A program made the translations under genes and the position numbers. From positions 44,526 to 108,525 of the IMG/VR virus record IMGVR_UViG_3300020478_000004: 64,000 nucleotides of DNA; one strand, given 5' to 3'. The DNA is from a virus. The first letter of the stretch is position 1. Every line of letters begins with the position of its first letter. This document shows, in pieces, positions 1 to 9,551 of the stretch. Below the pieces are notes generated by a model. The model saw nothing but the letters and a program-made list of their open reading frames with translations. It was not told where the DNA came from and ran no database searches.

Positions 1-513
1 AAAATCTCATTTGCAGATAAGTTAAAAGATAGCGTAGCCGCTATGTTTGATTGGGATCGCGAATTGCTTGACGGTAAAACTGCTGAAAGCAGAGAATGGC
101 GCGAAAAAGTAGACTCATATTGGACTAATGAAATAGGTAGCGAAATTACACCTAGACTAGTACTACAAAAATTTGGTACAGAGTGTATGCGTAATGGATT
201 TTATGATGGTATATGGGTTAGCTTAACTAAAAAGAAAATACTAGATAATCCTGATATTAATTATGTTATTCCAGATACACGTTTCCCAAATGAAGCCAAA
301 ATGTTATATGAAATTAACGGGCAAGTTTGGAGAGTAGTACGTGGTGAAGATCCACAGTGGTTTACAGATTATAAGGATTTTGGTACAGAACCTAAAGATG
401 TACACCCTAGCGAATGGGCTTGGGCACACACAAAATTTAAACATATTATTAACAATAATGGGACTATTGACGAACTTAAAAGTCAGGTACAAGGTCTCCT
501 TGTTTCCAAGTAA
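1..513 (+). CDS. Deoxynucleoside monophosphate kinase (T4 gp1-like), 5' truncated by window edge
   Basis: Frame is open from base 1 (KISFADKLKD...); motifs TPRLVLQKFGTECMR, DTRFPNE, HPSE, NNGTIDEL typical of phage dNMP kinases. Confidence 0.9.
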   Translation, partial: KISFADKLKDSVAAMFDWDRELLDGKTAESREWREKVDSYWTNEIGSEITPRLVLQKFGTECMRNGFYDGIWVSLTKKKILDNPDINYVIPDTRFPNEAKMLYEINGQVWRVVRGEDPQWFTDYKDFGTEPKDVHPSEWAWAHTKFKHIINNNGTIDELKSQVQGLLVSK

Positions 514-814
514 CACCTTCTTTATATAAAATCTTACTACAGTTTGCACAAACAGTTTTTAAGTTTGATGTACGAACATTATTAAGATCTCCATCTATAT
601 AATAAACATGAAATTGCTCGCTATGTTTACTACGAAAGTTACATTTATCGCAAGTATTCTTTTTAAGATAGCCAGCTAACTCATACTTTGATGGTCCACG
701 TTTTTTACCTCCATGCTTGGCACAGTTCTCACAAAGGCTTCTATAATAAGGTACGCCTTCCTTATAATAATTAATTGCTACCGGCTTTTTACCGCATTTG
801 CATAAAGGTCTCAT
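476..814 (-). CDS. Zn-finger/HNH-like protein (degenerate HNH)
   Basis: Several CxxC pairs plus YYIDGDLNN..NL..VCANC; canonical His replaced; start placed at MRPLC. Confidence 0.6.
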   Translation of the reverse strand: MRPLCKCGKKPVAINYYKEGVPYYRSLCENCAKHGGKKRGPSKYELAGYLKKNTCDKCNFRSKHSEQFHVYYIDGDLNNVRTSNLKTVCANCSKILYKEGVTWKQGDLVPDF

Positions 815-896
815 AATAATATTTACCCCTGCCCTTTTCAAATCCCTTTTGTATCCTAAATTAGCGAATCATTCCGTGGTGTTTTTTGGTAAATCA

Positions 897-904
897 TATA
901 AATA
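897..904 (+). promoter_or_regulatory. T4-like late promoter TATAAATA
   Basis: Exact T4 late consensus about 40 nt upstream of the tail sheath ATG; TAAATA core recurs before other structural genes. Confidence 0.75.
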
Positions 905-943
905 CTAACAATAAGATGACTATGTCCAACGGGAGAACATACA

Positions 944-3900
944 ATGGCTAATTTAGTATCACCAGGCGTACAGGTTCAAGTTATAGACGAAAGTTTCTAT
1001 ACACCAGCTGAACCGGGTACAGTACCTATGTTATTCTTTGTATCCGCACAAGATAAGAAAAACGGTGCAGGAACAGGAACAGCTACAGGTACAACTAAAA
1101 AACAAGCAGGAACACCATTCTTGCTAACATCACAAAGAGAATTAACAGAAACGTTTGGAGATCCAACGTTTTATACAGACACTAATAACAATCCAATCAA
1201 TGGAAGTGAGCTTAACGAATACGGTTTACAAGCGGCTTATTCTTACTTAGGTGTAAGCAATAGAGCATTTGTAACAAGAGCAGATATTAATACATCTGAA
1301 CTAATTGCTTCAGCAACAGAGCCTGCGGCAAATCCAGCAGATGGCACACATTGGTTTGATACAAAAAATACATTATGGGGCATTTTTGAGTGGAATTCAA
1401 ATGCGGCGACTGTTACTGGTGGACAGACGTTTACTAATAAAATTCCAACTGTAATTACAGATAGTACAAAAGTAACAGGTGGAGTACCTAAGACATCCGT
1501 TGGCGCTGTAGGTGACTATGCCGTTGTTGCTACTACTACACTAAACAAAGTATATTACAAAAATTCAGCAGGAACATGGGTACAAGTTGGTTCAGCAGAT
1601 TGGATTAAAGCTAATGCAACAGTAATTGGAACAGAAAGTAATCCAACTATTACTAACGCGGCTAGTATGAGCGTTAATGGTACAGTAGTTACATCAGGTG
1701 GAACAGCTTTAGCAGATGTAGTAATTGCACTTAACGCCGCAGGTATTGCCGGTGTAACTTCAGAAGTTGTTGATGGTAAATTTGAAATTTACTCAACAGG
1801 CGTTGATGTTGTATTAGCAACTAACAGTTCAACATTACTTGCAGAAATTGGTTTAACAGCGGCAACACATAAAGCGCCAGCGTTACAAATTTCAGCACAT
1901 ACTGATGTACCAACATTTAAATCTACTGATACAGCACCAAGACCAACAGGGTCGGTTTGGATTAAAACTACACAACCTAACTTAGGTGCTCGCTTTAGAG
2001 TTAAAAAGTTTAATGGAACTACAAATCTTTGGGAAGATGTTGTAGCACCAATGTACACAGATGGACACACGGCATTGTTTAATTTAGATAAAGCAGGCGG
2101 TGGTGTAAATCTTGCAGTTGGTACTTTATACGTTAATTATAATAACGCTGAAGAATCATCAACTGTAGCAGATTTTAAAATTCACAGACGTACTAATACT
2201 GGAAACACAAGTATTAAGAGTTCAATAATTGCGGCACAGCTTACAGCAAACACTTATGCATTTAATATTCAAGAGTCAATTGTTGGTCAAGCGGCTCTTA
2301 GTGCAGACAAAACAGTTAGTGTAACTACAACAGCGGCATCAAGCGATGCTGATGTTATTGCAGGCGCAATTAACGCCGCAGGGTTTACTAACGTTGTTGC
2401 TTCAGTAGACGCTTCAAACAGAATCGTTATTGAACACAATGATGGTGGTGAGTTCCGTATTAAAGATACAGGTGGCGTACTTAACTTGGCAGGATTTAGT
2501 GCTTTTGTAAATGCTAACTCCGGTACACCTAATTTATATACAGCACCAACAGGTGACACAACACACGACTTTGTTGCAAGTAACTGGCAAGTATTAACAT
2601 ATACTGCTTCAGCTACGGCTCCAACTGCTTTAACAACAGATGGTAGACTATGGTATAGTTCAATTGTTGATGAAGTTGATATTATGATACACAATGGTAC
2701 TACTTGGGTAGGATATTTAGATTCAACTAGTCCGTATTTTGCGGCGGCTGATTCAGATAAAACTGACCCAGCTGGACCAATTGTTTCAGCAACAGAGCCA
2801 ACTTTGCAATCAGATGGAACTGCACTTAAAAACGGTGACATTTGGATTTCAACAGCTGATACTGAAAACTATCCAAAAATTTACAAATACAATGGCACAA
2901 CTCTAAAATTTGTACTTGTTGATAACAGCGACCAAACAACTGAAGATGGAGTTGTTTTTGCAGATGCACGTTATAATACAGCAGGTGCAAATTCAGATAA
3001 AGCAGGAACTATTGCTTCATTACTAGTAAGCAACTTTGTTGATATTGATGCTCCAGATCCAGCACTTTATCCAAAAGGAATGTTACTTTACAATCTACGT
3101 AGAAGCGGATTTAATGTTAAGAAATTTGTTCGTAATCACGTAAACACAGCAACAGATAACATTCGATTTGGCGACGAGTCGCAATCAGGTTACTATGCAC
3201 ACCGTTGGGTTACTGAATCAGCTAACCAAACAAACGGTGCAGGTAGCTTTGGACGTAAAGCACAACGCAAAGTTATTGTTCAGGCATTACAAGCTCTAGT
3301 AAATAGTAATCAAAAAATTAGAGATGATGAATCAAGAATCTTTAATTTAATGGCTTGTCCTGGTTATCCAGAACTAATTGGTGAAATGGTTACATTAAAC
3401 ACTGATAGAGGTTTAAGTGCATTTATTATTGGTGACAGTCCATTTAGACTAACACCAGATGCAACTACACTTAATAACTGGGGTAAGAATACTGCTTTAG
3501 CAGTTGAAGATAACGACGATGGACTTGTTACAAGTGACGAATACTTAGGTGTGTTTTATCCAAGTTTATTCACAAGTGATAACGCAGGTAACAATGTAGT
3601 TGTTCCAGCAAGTCACGGTATACTTAGAACATTTGCATTGAGTGATCAAGTTTCGTTTCCATGGTTTGCACCAGCAGGTACAAGACGTGGTGGTATTACA
3701 AACGCTACAGCGGCAGGTTACATTGACAGCGAAGGCGAATTTGTAAGTACTGCACTTAACGAAGGTCAACGTGATACATTATACAGCAATAACGTAAATC
3801 CAATTACGTTCTTAACAGGCGCAGGCCTTTTAAACTTTGGTCAAAAAACAAGAGCCAAAAATGCTTCAGCGTTAGATAGAATTAACGTAGCACGTTTGGT

Positions 3901-4192
3901 AGTTTACTTACGTGGCCAACTTAAAAAACTTGCTAAACCTTATATCTTTGAACCAAATGATAAAATTACGCGAGATGAGATTAAGGCACAAGCAGATACA
4001 TTGTTACTTGAACTAGTTGGGCAAAGAGCACTTTATGACTTCTTAGTAGTGTGTGATGAATCAAACAACACACCATCAAGAATTGATCGTAATGAGCTTT
4101 ATTTAGATATTGCCATAGAACCAGTGAAAGCAGTAGAGTTTATTTACATTCCACTAAGGCTTAAAAATACTGGTGAGATAGCGGGACTGTAG
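944..4192 (+). CDS. Contractile tail sheath protein (gp18-like) with large insertion domains
   Basis: N-terminal LVSPGVQVQVIDES; C-terminal PWFAPAGTRRG, DRINVARL, FEPND, IEPVKAVEFIYI. Confidence 0.95.
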   Translation: MANLVSPGVQVQVIDESFYTPAEPGTVPMLFFVSAQDKKNGAGTGTATGTTKKQAGTPFLLTSQRELTETFGDPTFYTDTNNNPINGSELNEYGLQAAYSYLGVSNRAFVTRADINTSELIASATEPAANPADGTHWFDTKNTLWGIFEWNSNAATVTGGQTFTNKIPTVITDSTKVTGGVPKTSVGAVGDYAVVATTTLNKVYYKNSAGTWVQVGSADWIKANATVIGTESNPTITNAASMSVNGTVVTSGGTALADVVIALNAAGIAGVTSEVVDGKFEIYSTGVDVVLATNSSTLLAEIGLTAATHKAPALQISAHTDVPTFKSTDTAPRPTGSVWIKTTQPNLGARFRVKKFNGTTNLWEDVVAPMYTDGHTALFNLDKAGGGVNLAVGTLYVNYNNAEESSTVADFKIHRRTNTGNTSIKSSIIAAQLTANTYAFNIQESIVGQAALSADKTVSVTTTAASSDADVIAGAINAAGFTNVVASVDASNRIVIEHNDGGEFRIKDTGGVLNLAGFSAFVNANSGTPNLYTAPTGDTTHDFVASNWQVLTYTASATAPTALTTDGRLWYSSIVDEVDIMIHNGTTWVGYLDSTSPYFAAADSDKTDPAGPIVSATEPTLQSDGTALKNGDIWISTADTENYPKIYKYNGTTLKFVLVDNSDQTTEDGVVFADARYNTAGANSDKAGTIASLLVSNFVDIDAPDPALYPKGMLLYNLRRSGFNVKKFVRNHVNTATDNIRFGDESQSGYYAHRWVTESANQTNGAGSFGRKAQRKVIVQALQALVNSNQKIRDDESRIFNLMACPGYPELIGEMVTLNTDRGLSAFIIGDSPFRLTPDATTLNNWGKNTALAVEDNDDGLVTSDEYLGVFYPSLFTSDNAGNNVVVPASHGILRTFALSDQVSFPWFAPAGTRRGGITNATAAGYIDSEGEFVSTALNEGQRDTLYSNNVNPITFLTGAGLLNFGQKTRAKNASALDRINVARLVVYLRGQLKKLAKPYIFEPNDKITRDEIKAQADTLLLELVGQRALYDFLVVCDESNNTPSRIDRNELYLDIAIEPVKAVEFIYIPLRLKNTGEIAGL

Positions 4193-4225
4193 AATGATAA
4201 ATACAGCTAATAGGGAGATATTATA

Positions 4226-4858
4226 ATGAGTATATCAACATTATCAAAACTTACAGTACCTTTAGATTCAAGTGCATCAGCCTCGAATCAAGGGCTGTTA
4301 ATGCCAAAACTCCAGTATCGCTTTAGGGTGACATTGGAAAATTTTGGTAGATCAACACCAACAACTGAATTAACAAAACAAGTTGTTGATGTTACAAGGC
4401 CTAACGTGTCCTTTGAACAAATTACACTTGACGTATACAACTCACGTGTGTTCTTAGCAGGAAAACATACTTGGGAACCAATCACACTTAACTTACGTGA
4501 GGATGTTTCTAATAACGTACAAAAATTAGTTGGTGAGCAACTACAAAAACAATTTGATTTCTTTGAACAATCATCAGCGGCATCAGGTAGCGATTACAAA
4601 TTCGTAACTAGAATTGAAATTTTAGACGGTGGTAATGGTACAAATGCGGCGGCGATTCTTGAAACATTTGAACTTTATGGTTGTTACTGTGAAAGTGCAA
4701 ACTACAATACATTAGCATATAGTACAAACGATCCAGTAACTATTGCATTATCTATTAGATACGATAACGCAATACAAACACCACAAGGTACAGGTATTGG
4801 TACAGCTATTGGTAGAACAGTTAATACTGCGGCTACTGGTGGTGGATCAGCAACTTAA
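4226..4858 (+). CDS. Tail tube protein (gp19-like)
   Basis: Directly follows sheath; PKLQYRFRV, GKHTWEPITL, IRYDNA motifs. Confidence 0.9.
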   Translation: MSISTLSKLTVPLDSSASASNQGLLMPKLQYRFRVTLENFGRSTPTTELTKQVVDVTRPNVSFEQITLDVYNSRVFLAGKHTWEPITLNLREDVSNNVQKLVGEQLQKQFDFFEQSSAASGSDYKFVTRIEILDGGNGTNAAAILETFELYGCYCESANYNTLAYSTNDPVTIALSIRYDNAIQTPQGTGIGTAIGRTVNTAATGGGSAT

Positions 4859-4886
4859 TAAAAATAAATTATAATATTTCCGAGTC

Positions 4887-4920
4887 AAAGGGGGTCTTTT
4901 TAGGCCCCTTTTTTCTTTTT
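4887..4920 (+). terminator. Intrinsic terminator
   Basis: AAAGGGGGTC-TTTTTA-GGCCCCTTT followed by T run. Confidence 0.75.
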
Positions 4921-4983
4921 GTATAACTCTTCAATAATACATTCATGTTAAATACCCACTTATTTTTATAGATAAATAATAGT

Positions 4984-6393
4984 ATGGCTAGCAAATTTCA
5001 AGGATTTTTTGATAACATAATAGCAGGGACTTTAAATCCCAAGGGTAACCTTGGTGACTGGCAACACGCTAGAGCATTATATACTAATGACGATTTTCGT
5101 CTCGCTCCTAAACATAAGTTTTTATATCATGTGGCTTTTACATTAAACGAAAGAGCGGCAAAAGTAATTCCACAATTAAAAACAGAAGAACTTAATATGT
5201 TAGTTAAGTCAGTCGACTTACCTAAGTATAATATAAGCACTACTCTAAAGCACCAATACAATAAAAAACGTAATTTACAAACAAGATTAGATTATGATCC
5301 TGTTAACATTACCTTCCATGATGATAACTGGGGTATAACAACTGCTATGTGGGAAGCATACTATAGATACTACTTTAGAGACGGAACATATTCAGCATTG
5401 TCAGGCGCCGCTCCTGCTTCGTCTTCTAATGCTGGAAAAGATAACAGTGGATTACCACAAGGCGCTTATAACAGAGCTAATACATACTTAGACAGTTCAG
5501 TAAACAGATATCGTTTTGGTATGGACAACGATCAATTTGAAAACTTTTTTGATACAATTCAAATTTTTCAAATGTCAAGACGAAGGTATACTTGTTTTAC
5601 TTTAGTTAATCCTATAATTTCAAGTTGGCAACACGATACTATGGATAATAGCGATAGTGGTGTTGTAGCAAATCAAATGACAGTTCAATATGAAACTGTA
5701 TGGTATGCACGTGGACCAGTTAAAGAAGGTACTGCTCCTAAAATGTTTGGTACTCCATCAGGACACTATGATTCAACTCCGAGTCCAATAACCTTAGAAG
5801 GTGGCGGAGTAGCAAGTTTATTTGGTATTGGTGGTGTAGCTTCAGGTGGTTTAGATGTGCTTGGTGATATTACAAGTGGAAAAGCAACTGGAAGTTTAGG
5901 AGGTTTTCTTGGAACAGTATTAAAAGGTGCTAACGTATTTAAAAATGCAAAAAGTTTATCACGTAGTGGAATACGTCAAGAAGGATTTAATATTTTAAAA
6001 GGAGCTTTGGGTCAAGTAAATAATTCAGCTGTAGGCGGAGTTGCTAATACTTTCTTTCCGAAAGGAAGTGGTACAGGAAGTAGTAGTGCAAGTCTTATCA
6101 ATACAGTTGCAGGTCTCACAGCAGGGGCATCAATTATAAAAACTGTTTCTTCTGGAAGTACATTAGATGCTGTTACCTCGTTAGTTAATAATCCAGGTAA
6201 ACTAGACCAACTAGCCCTAGCAGGAAGTTTCTTAAAAACACATCTTGAAACAGGTGGAAGTGCAGTTATTGATGAAGTCGGAACAGCTTATGCTAATTTA
6301 TCCGAGTCCGCTAAAAATTCATTTAGACAATTAGAATTAGATAATGTACAACAAACATTACAAAATAATTCTAACTTAACATTGGAGGCCTAG
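4984..6393 (+). CDS. Tail tube-like/baseplate protein (gp19/gp54-like N-terminal domain)
   Basis: VKSVDLPKY...YDPVNITFHDD...QMTVQYE tube-fold pattern; Gly-rich C-terminus; TAAATA upstream. Confidence 0.6.
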   Translation: MASKFQGFFDNIIAGTLNPKGNLGDWQHARALYTNDDFRLAPKHKFLYHVAFTLNERAAKVIPQLKTEELNMLVKSVDLPKYNISTTLKHQYNKKRNLQTRLDYDPVNITFHDDNWGITTAMWEAYYRYYFRDGTYSALSGAAPASSSNAGKDNSGLPQGAYNRANTYLDSSVNRYRFGMDNDQFENFFDTIQIFQMSRRRYTCFTLVNPIISSWQHDTMDNSDSGVVANQMTVQYETVWYARGPVKEGTAPKMFGTPSGHYDSTPSPITLEGGGVASLFGIGGVASGGLDVLGDITSGKATGSLGGFLGTVLKGANVFKNAKSLSRSGIRQEGFNILKGALGQVNNSAVGGVANTFFPKGSGTGSSSASLINTVAGLTAGASIIKTVSSGSTLDAVTSLVNNPGKLDQLALAGSFLKTHLETGGSAVIDEVGTAYANLSESAKNSFRQLELDNVQQTLQNNSNLTLEA

Positions 6394-6395
6394 TC

Positions 6396-6806
6396 ATGGG
6401 TGAAGAAATAACAACAAGTATAGTTACACCAGATCCACAACCTACTAATCTACCACGTCAACCAGTTACTGATTCTACTGCACAAGTAAAACAATTTTTA
6501 GATAGATATTTTCAAGCACCTTTAAGTTTTCCTTCTAACCAAGTAGATGCAGTTATTGGATTTTTTGAAAGTAGAGATTTTGATTTGACTAGTGCTCAAA
6601 CTATCGGTACAGTTTTATTGCAACAAGCAAAACTAGATGACGTTAATGTATTTGAACTTTTAGATACACTTAAAGGTTTAGATACACTTCAATTAAGTGC
6701 AGTTGTTACAGAAGTAATCAATTATAATAGATCAAAAATTAGTACCTTAGGATATAAGTTAGACAAATCTGCTAATAAGTTAGAAGTGCGTAATGTATTG
6801 GTTTAA
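6396..6806 (+). CDS. Hypothetical virion-cluster protein
   Basis: Tightly packed ORF in structural operon. Confidence 0.6.
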   Translation: MGEEITTSIVTPDPQPTNLPRQPVTDSTAQVKQFLDRYFQAPLSFPSNQVDAVIGFFESRDFDLTSAQTIGTVLLQQAKLDDVNVFELLDTLKGLDTLQLSAVVTEVINYNRSKISTLGYKLDKSANKLEVRNVLV

Positions 6807-6809
6807 CAA

Positions 6810-7247
6810 ATGGCGAAGTTTGCACAGGGTAGATTTACATTAAAAAATGCTAACAAATACCTAGGTAAAAAAACACCTTTATATAGATCAAGTTGGGAAT
6901 TTGCTTTCATGCGTTTTTGCGATGAAAGTCCTTCAGTTGCCAAATGGGCAAGTGAGTCTGTTAAAATTCCTTACAAAGATCCATTAACAGGAAAACTTAC
7001 TGTATATGTTCCTGACTTTATGATTCAGTATACTGATAAAAATGGTAGAGGTCACGTAGAACTTATAGAAGTTAAGCCAGAAAACCAAATGAAGAAAGAA
7101 CATATTGGGAGAGATAAATTTAGACAAGCTCAATATGTTAGAAATGTAGCTAAATGGGAAGCCGCAAGACATTGGTGTAAAAGACGTAAAATATATTTTA
7201 GAGTAATAAATGAGAATGATATTTTTCATAGAGGTCGAAGAAAATGA
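6810..7247 (+). CDS. Head completion nuclease (T4 gp4/TnsA-like)
   Basis: YRSSWE, WASE, YVPDF, IEVKP and KWEAA motifs. Confidence 0.9.
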   Translation: MAKFAQGRFTLKNANKYLGKKTPLYRSSWEFAFMRFCDESPSVAKWASESVKIPYKDPLTGKLTVYVPDFMIQYTDKNGRGHVELIEVKPENQMKKEHIGRDKFRQAQYVRNVAKWEAARHWCKRRKIYFRVINENDIFHRGRRK

Positions 7248-7417
7248 CGGAGGGCGTAGAAATGCAATCAGATCTTCAAACCATAGTAAGCCTATGGCCT
7301 ATATTTTTAGGATTTATTACATTAGTAATTGTATTAGCCAAAATGCATTCAAGTATTGAGGTATTACGTGAAAAAGTTAAAACTCTTTTTGAATTATGGA
7401 ATGAAAAAGACAAATAA
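7244..7417 (+). CDS. Small membrane-anchored coiled-coil protein (57 aa; not in ORF track)
   Basis: MTEGVEMQSDLQTIVSLWPIFLGFITLVIVLAKMHSSIEVLREKVKTLFELWNEKDK; ATGA overlap with gp4 stop; fills the gap. Confidence 0.6.
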   Translation: MTEGVEMQSDLQTIVSLWPIFLGFITLVIVLAKMHSSIEVLREKVKTLFELWNEKDK

Positions 7418-7429
7418 ATACACGTAGTT

Positions 7430-7918
7430 ATGACAAAGAAATTAGAAGAACTCTTAAACTTACCCGAGTCAAAAGAAATTATTGACGAGGATAAAAAGAA
7501 AGCCAAAATAGAAGCTAAAGAGGAACAAAAAGAAACGTTCCGTGAAATAGCTGAATTTGATAAAATTACGGCCGCTTTACCACAAGTAAAAGGTTTAGGA
7601 GAACTAGGAGACAAAGAGCTTAACGAAGTAGCTGAAAAATCCATGCAGGCTTATGAAGATTTAATGGATTTAGGTATGAACGTTGAATCACGCTATTCAG
7701 GGCGTGTTTTTGAAGTAGCTGGTCAAATGCTTAAAACCAATTTAGATGCTAAAAATGCCAAGCTAGATAAGAAGCTTAAAATGGTAGAATTACAGCTTAA
7801 AAAGGAAAAAATGGACAGAGAAGGGTCTGTCGAAGGCGATACTTTAGTGAACGGTGAAGGATATGTTATAACAGACCGTAATAGCCTTATAGAAAAACTA
7901 AAGAAGATAGATAAATAA
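7430..7918 (+). CDS. Putative terminase small subunit
   Basis: Helical protein with YEDLMDLG..RVFEVAGQML and C-terminal TDRNSLI, upstream of the large subunit; inferred. Confidence 0.5.
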   Translation: MTKKLEELLNLPESKEIIDEDKKKAKIEAKEEQKETFREIAEFDKITAALPQVKGLGELGDKELNEVAEKSMQAYEDLMDLGMNVESRYSGRVFEVAGQMLKTNLDAKNAKLDKKLKMVELQLKKEKMDREGSVEGDTLVNGEGYVITDRNSLIEKLKKIDK

Positions 7919-7941
7919 CAATATAACGGGAAAACAAAGTC

Positions 7942-8529
7942 ATGAGTAAAACATTTGTTGAACATCTAAATGAAGCAAAAAAGAACTATTCTTTTAAAGT
8001 AGGAGTAGCAGGCGATTTGCCAGAAGGCTATGCTGATCACTTAGAAAGCGTATTGCAGAAATTTAAGGTTGAAAATATGAGTGCAGGTAAACGTACTCCT
8101 ATTACTGAAAGACCTTTAGATTTTCCACAGTTACAAAACACCCATGTTCACTACTATGACGTTGAACTAGGTTACCCAACTACACCACAAGTACTTCAAC
8201 AGTATATTGCACAATCCTGTGGCATTCATGAATCTCATGTTATTGTAAGAGATCCAAATGCACCACAAGAGCAATATCAAGAAGACGGAGTTATCGGTGA
8301 GCAGGAATATAACAAAGTTTATACTGCAAACTTAGGTACTGATTTAGAAAGTGCAGACACAGATGCACAAAAACAAGTTGGTGGTGAAAGAATAATGGGA
8401 TTATTAAAAGAACTTGAAAAAGCTCGTGGTGAACGTGAGAATAAACAAGTTCCGGATGGTATATCCGATAAAGATCAAAAACACGATATGGGCGAGCCTG
8501 GTAAAACTAGTCCTGTAGGGAGCAAATAA
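7942..8529 (+). CDS. Hypothetical (likely virion) protein
   Basis: TAAATA upstream; KTFVEHLNEA N-terminus resembles prohead-protease-processed proteins. Confidence 0.6.
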   Translation: MSKTFVEHLNEAKKNYSFKVGVAGDLPEGYADHLESVLQKFKVENMSAGKRTPITERPLDFPQLQNTHVHYYDVELGYPTTPQVLQQYIAQSCGIHESHVIVRDPNAPQEQYQEDGVIGEQEYNKVYTANLGTDLESADTDAQKQVGGERIMGLLKELEKARGERENKQVPDGISDKDQKHDMGEPGKTSPVGSK

Positions 8530-9119
8530 TGAAACTAGAAGACATTTATAAAAAGATCGATTCTCTTAACGAAGTTGCTTCAATGAACATCTCTATGAGC
8601 GGTGAAACTGCTGATGACGTTGGAAAACTTTTGAGATTGATGAAAGACGCAGGCCTAGAAAAAGCTGAGCCTGTTGGAGCAGATCTATTAAACCCTCCAT
8701 CAATGAGAGGTGACATGGATAAATTTAAAGACATCATTGATAAAGGACAACCCGACACTATGGGACCTCCAAGTCCAATGGATAGTCCATGTGGTGCACC
8801 AGACGGTCCAGATGATGGTCCAGATGACGGTCCAGGTGATATGAAAATTATTAAACTTGACGGTCCAGATGGCCCAGAAAAAGATGATGATGACGAAAAA
8901 GAATCCGGCTATGCTAACGAACCAGACGAAAAGTATGGTACTACAGATTTAATGACTAAAGATTTAGCAGGTGGATTAAATGGACCTAAAAAATCTTATC
9001 CTAAAGTAGCAGGCGGTGACAATCCAATGTCAATTCGTGCAGAATTAACTCGCTTAGAAAATTCTATTAAAGACGAACTAGCGGCTTCTTTAGCAGAAAA
9101 AATGAGTGGAGATAAGTAA
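8529..9119 (+). CDS. Acidic hypothetical protein with DGPD repeats
   Basis: Coupled ORF; low-complexity PDGPDDGPDDGP. Confidence 0.6.
   Translation: MKLEDIYKKIDSLNEVASMNISMSGETADDVGKLLRLMKDAGLEKAEPVGADLLNPPSMRGDMDKFKDIIDKGQPDTMGPPSPMDSPCGAPDGPDDGPDDGPGDMKIIKLDGPDGPEKDDDDEKESGYANEPDEKYGTTDLMTKDLAGGLNGPKKSYPKVAGGDNPMSIRAELTRLENSIKDELAASLAEKMSGDK
8799..8840 (+). repeat. Imperfect 12-bp in-frame tandem repeat (CCAGATGAYGGT)
   Basis: Encodes PDGPDDGPDDGPGD. Confidence 0.7.
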
Positions 9120-9472
9120 TGGTTAGCGTAACGAGAGTAACAGGTTTAGGCGTAACAGCAGGAACACTTTACGGTCATAATGCAAAGGCAATGTTAGTTA
9201 CTGTAAAAAATGCAGGTGCAACAGCAATTGACTTACGTGCAGAAGACGATGCAGTAGGTGAAGCGGCTGAAGTAGTACTAGGCGAAATTAGTCCTTTAAT
9301 GTATTTGGTAACTAATTCAAACGCAGGTACAATTTCAGTTATTACTGACATTAGTGCTAACGCGGCAGACTTACAAGCGAAGATTAGAGCATTAGGAACA
9401 GCAGTAGGACCAAACGATATTGACGTATCAGGTACAACTGTAGCTGATGGTACTTCAGTAGTTGTATCATAA
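9119..9472 (+). CDS. Small Ala/Val/Thr-rich virion (decoration-like) protein
   Basis: Composition and structural-gene codon style; followed by a terminator. Confidence 0.55.
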   Translation: MVSVTRVTGLGVTAGTLYGHNAKAMLVTVKNAGATAIDLRAEDDAVGEAAEVVLGEISPLMYLVTNSNAGTISVITDISANAADLQAKIRALGTAVGPNDIDVSGTTVADGTSVVVS

Positions 9473-9510
9473 ACAATAATACAATATTTCCTCCCCATAT
9501 TGTAAACTCA

Positions 9511-9535
9511 AATAGGACTTTCGGGTCCTATTTTT
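9511..9535 (+). terminator. Intrinsic terminator
   Basis: AATAGGACT-TTCG-GGTCCTATT followed by T run. Confidence 0.8.
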
Positions 9536-9551
9536 GCCAATAAATACTATC

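Noticed and set aside
1789-4485. Antisense ORFs inside sheath/tube genes (1789, 2287, 3566, 4288) and similar shadows elsewhere
   Set aside because: Fully overlapped by well-supported genes; typical reverse-frame shadows of biased codon usage
8799-8840. Tandem repeat as a regulatory or contingency element
   Set aside because: In-frame 12-mer explained by a low-complexity DGPD linker
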